Shown piece after piece: positions 63,765 to 64,000 of a stretch of DNA of 64,000 nt. Under the pieces are notes generated by a model. That model did no database searches. It saw only the letters and a program-made list of their open reading frames with translations, and was not told the DNA's origin. The DNA comes from an uncultured Desulfurococcaceae archaeon (GTDB lineage: Archaea; Thermoproteota; Thermoprotei_A; Sulfolobales; NBVN01): positions 4,681 through 68,680 of the forward strand of contig CAYNPH010000037.1 of assembly GCA_964399035.1 (NCBI GenBank), given 5' to 3'. The translations under genes and the position numbers were made by a program. Position 1 is the first letter of the stretch. Every line of letters begins with the position of its first letter.

Positions 63765-64000
63765 TTAGTCGGGGTATATCTTCCTTAAAGCATCCTCAGT
63801 AGCCTTAATCGTTGCCGGGGCGGTTGGCGCCGGGGTCAGGAACGGGTGGGTACCTATCTGTAGGTTCATGTACTGCGCGGCAGTGAAGCCTGCCTCGATG
63901 GCGAAGCCTATGAGGTTAATCATCTCGCCGATCGTGAAGCCGCCTGCTAGCTGACCGCCTAGGAAGAACCCTCCGTGCCTAGCGAATATTAGCTTAGCCC
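63765..64000 (-). CDS. C-terminus of a pyridine nucleotide-disulfide oxidoreductase (NADH oxidase/CoA-disulfide reductase-like dimerisation domain)
   Basis: Reverse strand reads AKLIFARHGGFFLGGQLAGGFTIGEMINLIGFAIEAGFTAAQYMNLQIGTHPFLT...YPD*. Confidence 0.7.
   Translation of the reverse strand, partial: AKLIFARHGGFFLGGQLAGGFTIGEMINLIGFAIEAGFTAAQYMNLQIGTHPFLTPAPTAPATIKATEDALRKIYPD

Overview
Gene-dense 64-kb window from a GC-rich, probably thermophilic archaeon. AGG-dominated Arg codons, GGAGGTG Shine-Dalgarno sites, Thr-rich linkers with C-terminal TM anchors and archaeal-type purA point to Thermoprotei (inference). It holds a guaA-PRTase-purB-purA purine operon, a Ni/Co ECF transporter and a surface metallophosphoesterase with a nucleoside phosphorylase. 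An ~18-kb putative mannose/GlcNAc glycan or glycopeptide utilisation locus follows (GH5, GH38, BadF-type kinase, Opp/Dpp ABC, D-aminoacylase, GNAT, AbrB-PhoU regulator) with a repeated GTAA(G/C)TTAC palindrome. Next is moaA, divergent from a radical SAM-binding-protein fusion and a type II ABC importer, each preceded by a CGTTATC-N8-GATAACG palindrome. Two head-to-head xanthine-dehydrogenase-family operons follow; one ends in pyrB and the other in a dihydroorotase-like amidohydrolase followed by a Liv-type ABC transporter. Their FAD subunits share a 66-nt near-identical inverted tract. The last part has a SPASM radical SAM/thioredoxin-like pair, a multi-TM protein with a HEPN-like RNxxxH motif, MscS and a class II amidotransferase. 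I saw no rRNA, tRNA, CRISPR array or transposase. All family calls come from motifs read by eye; no database search was run.
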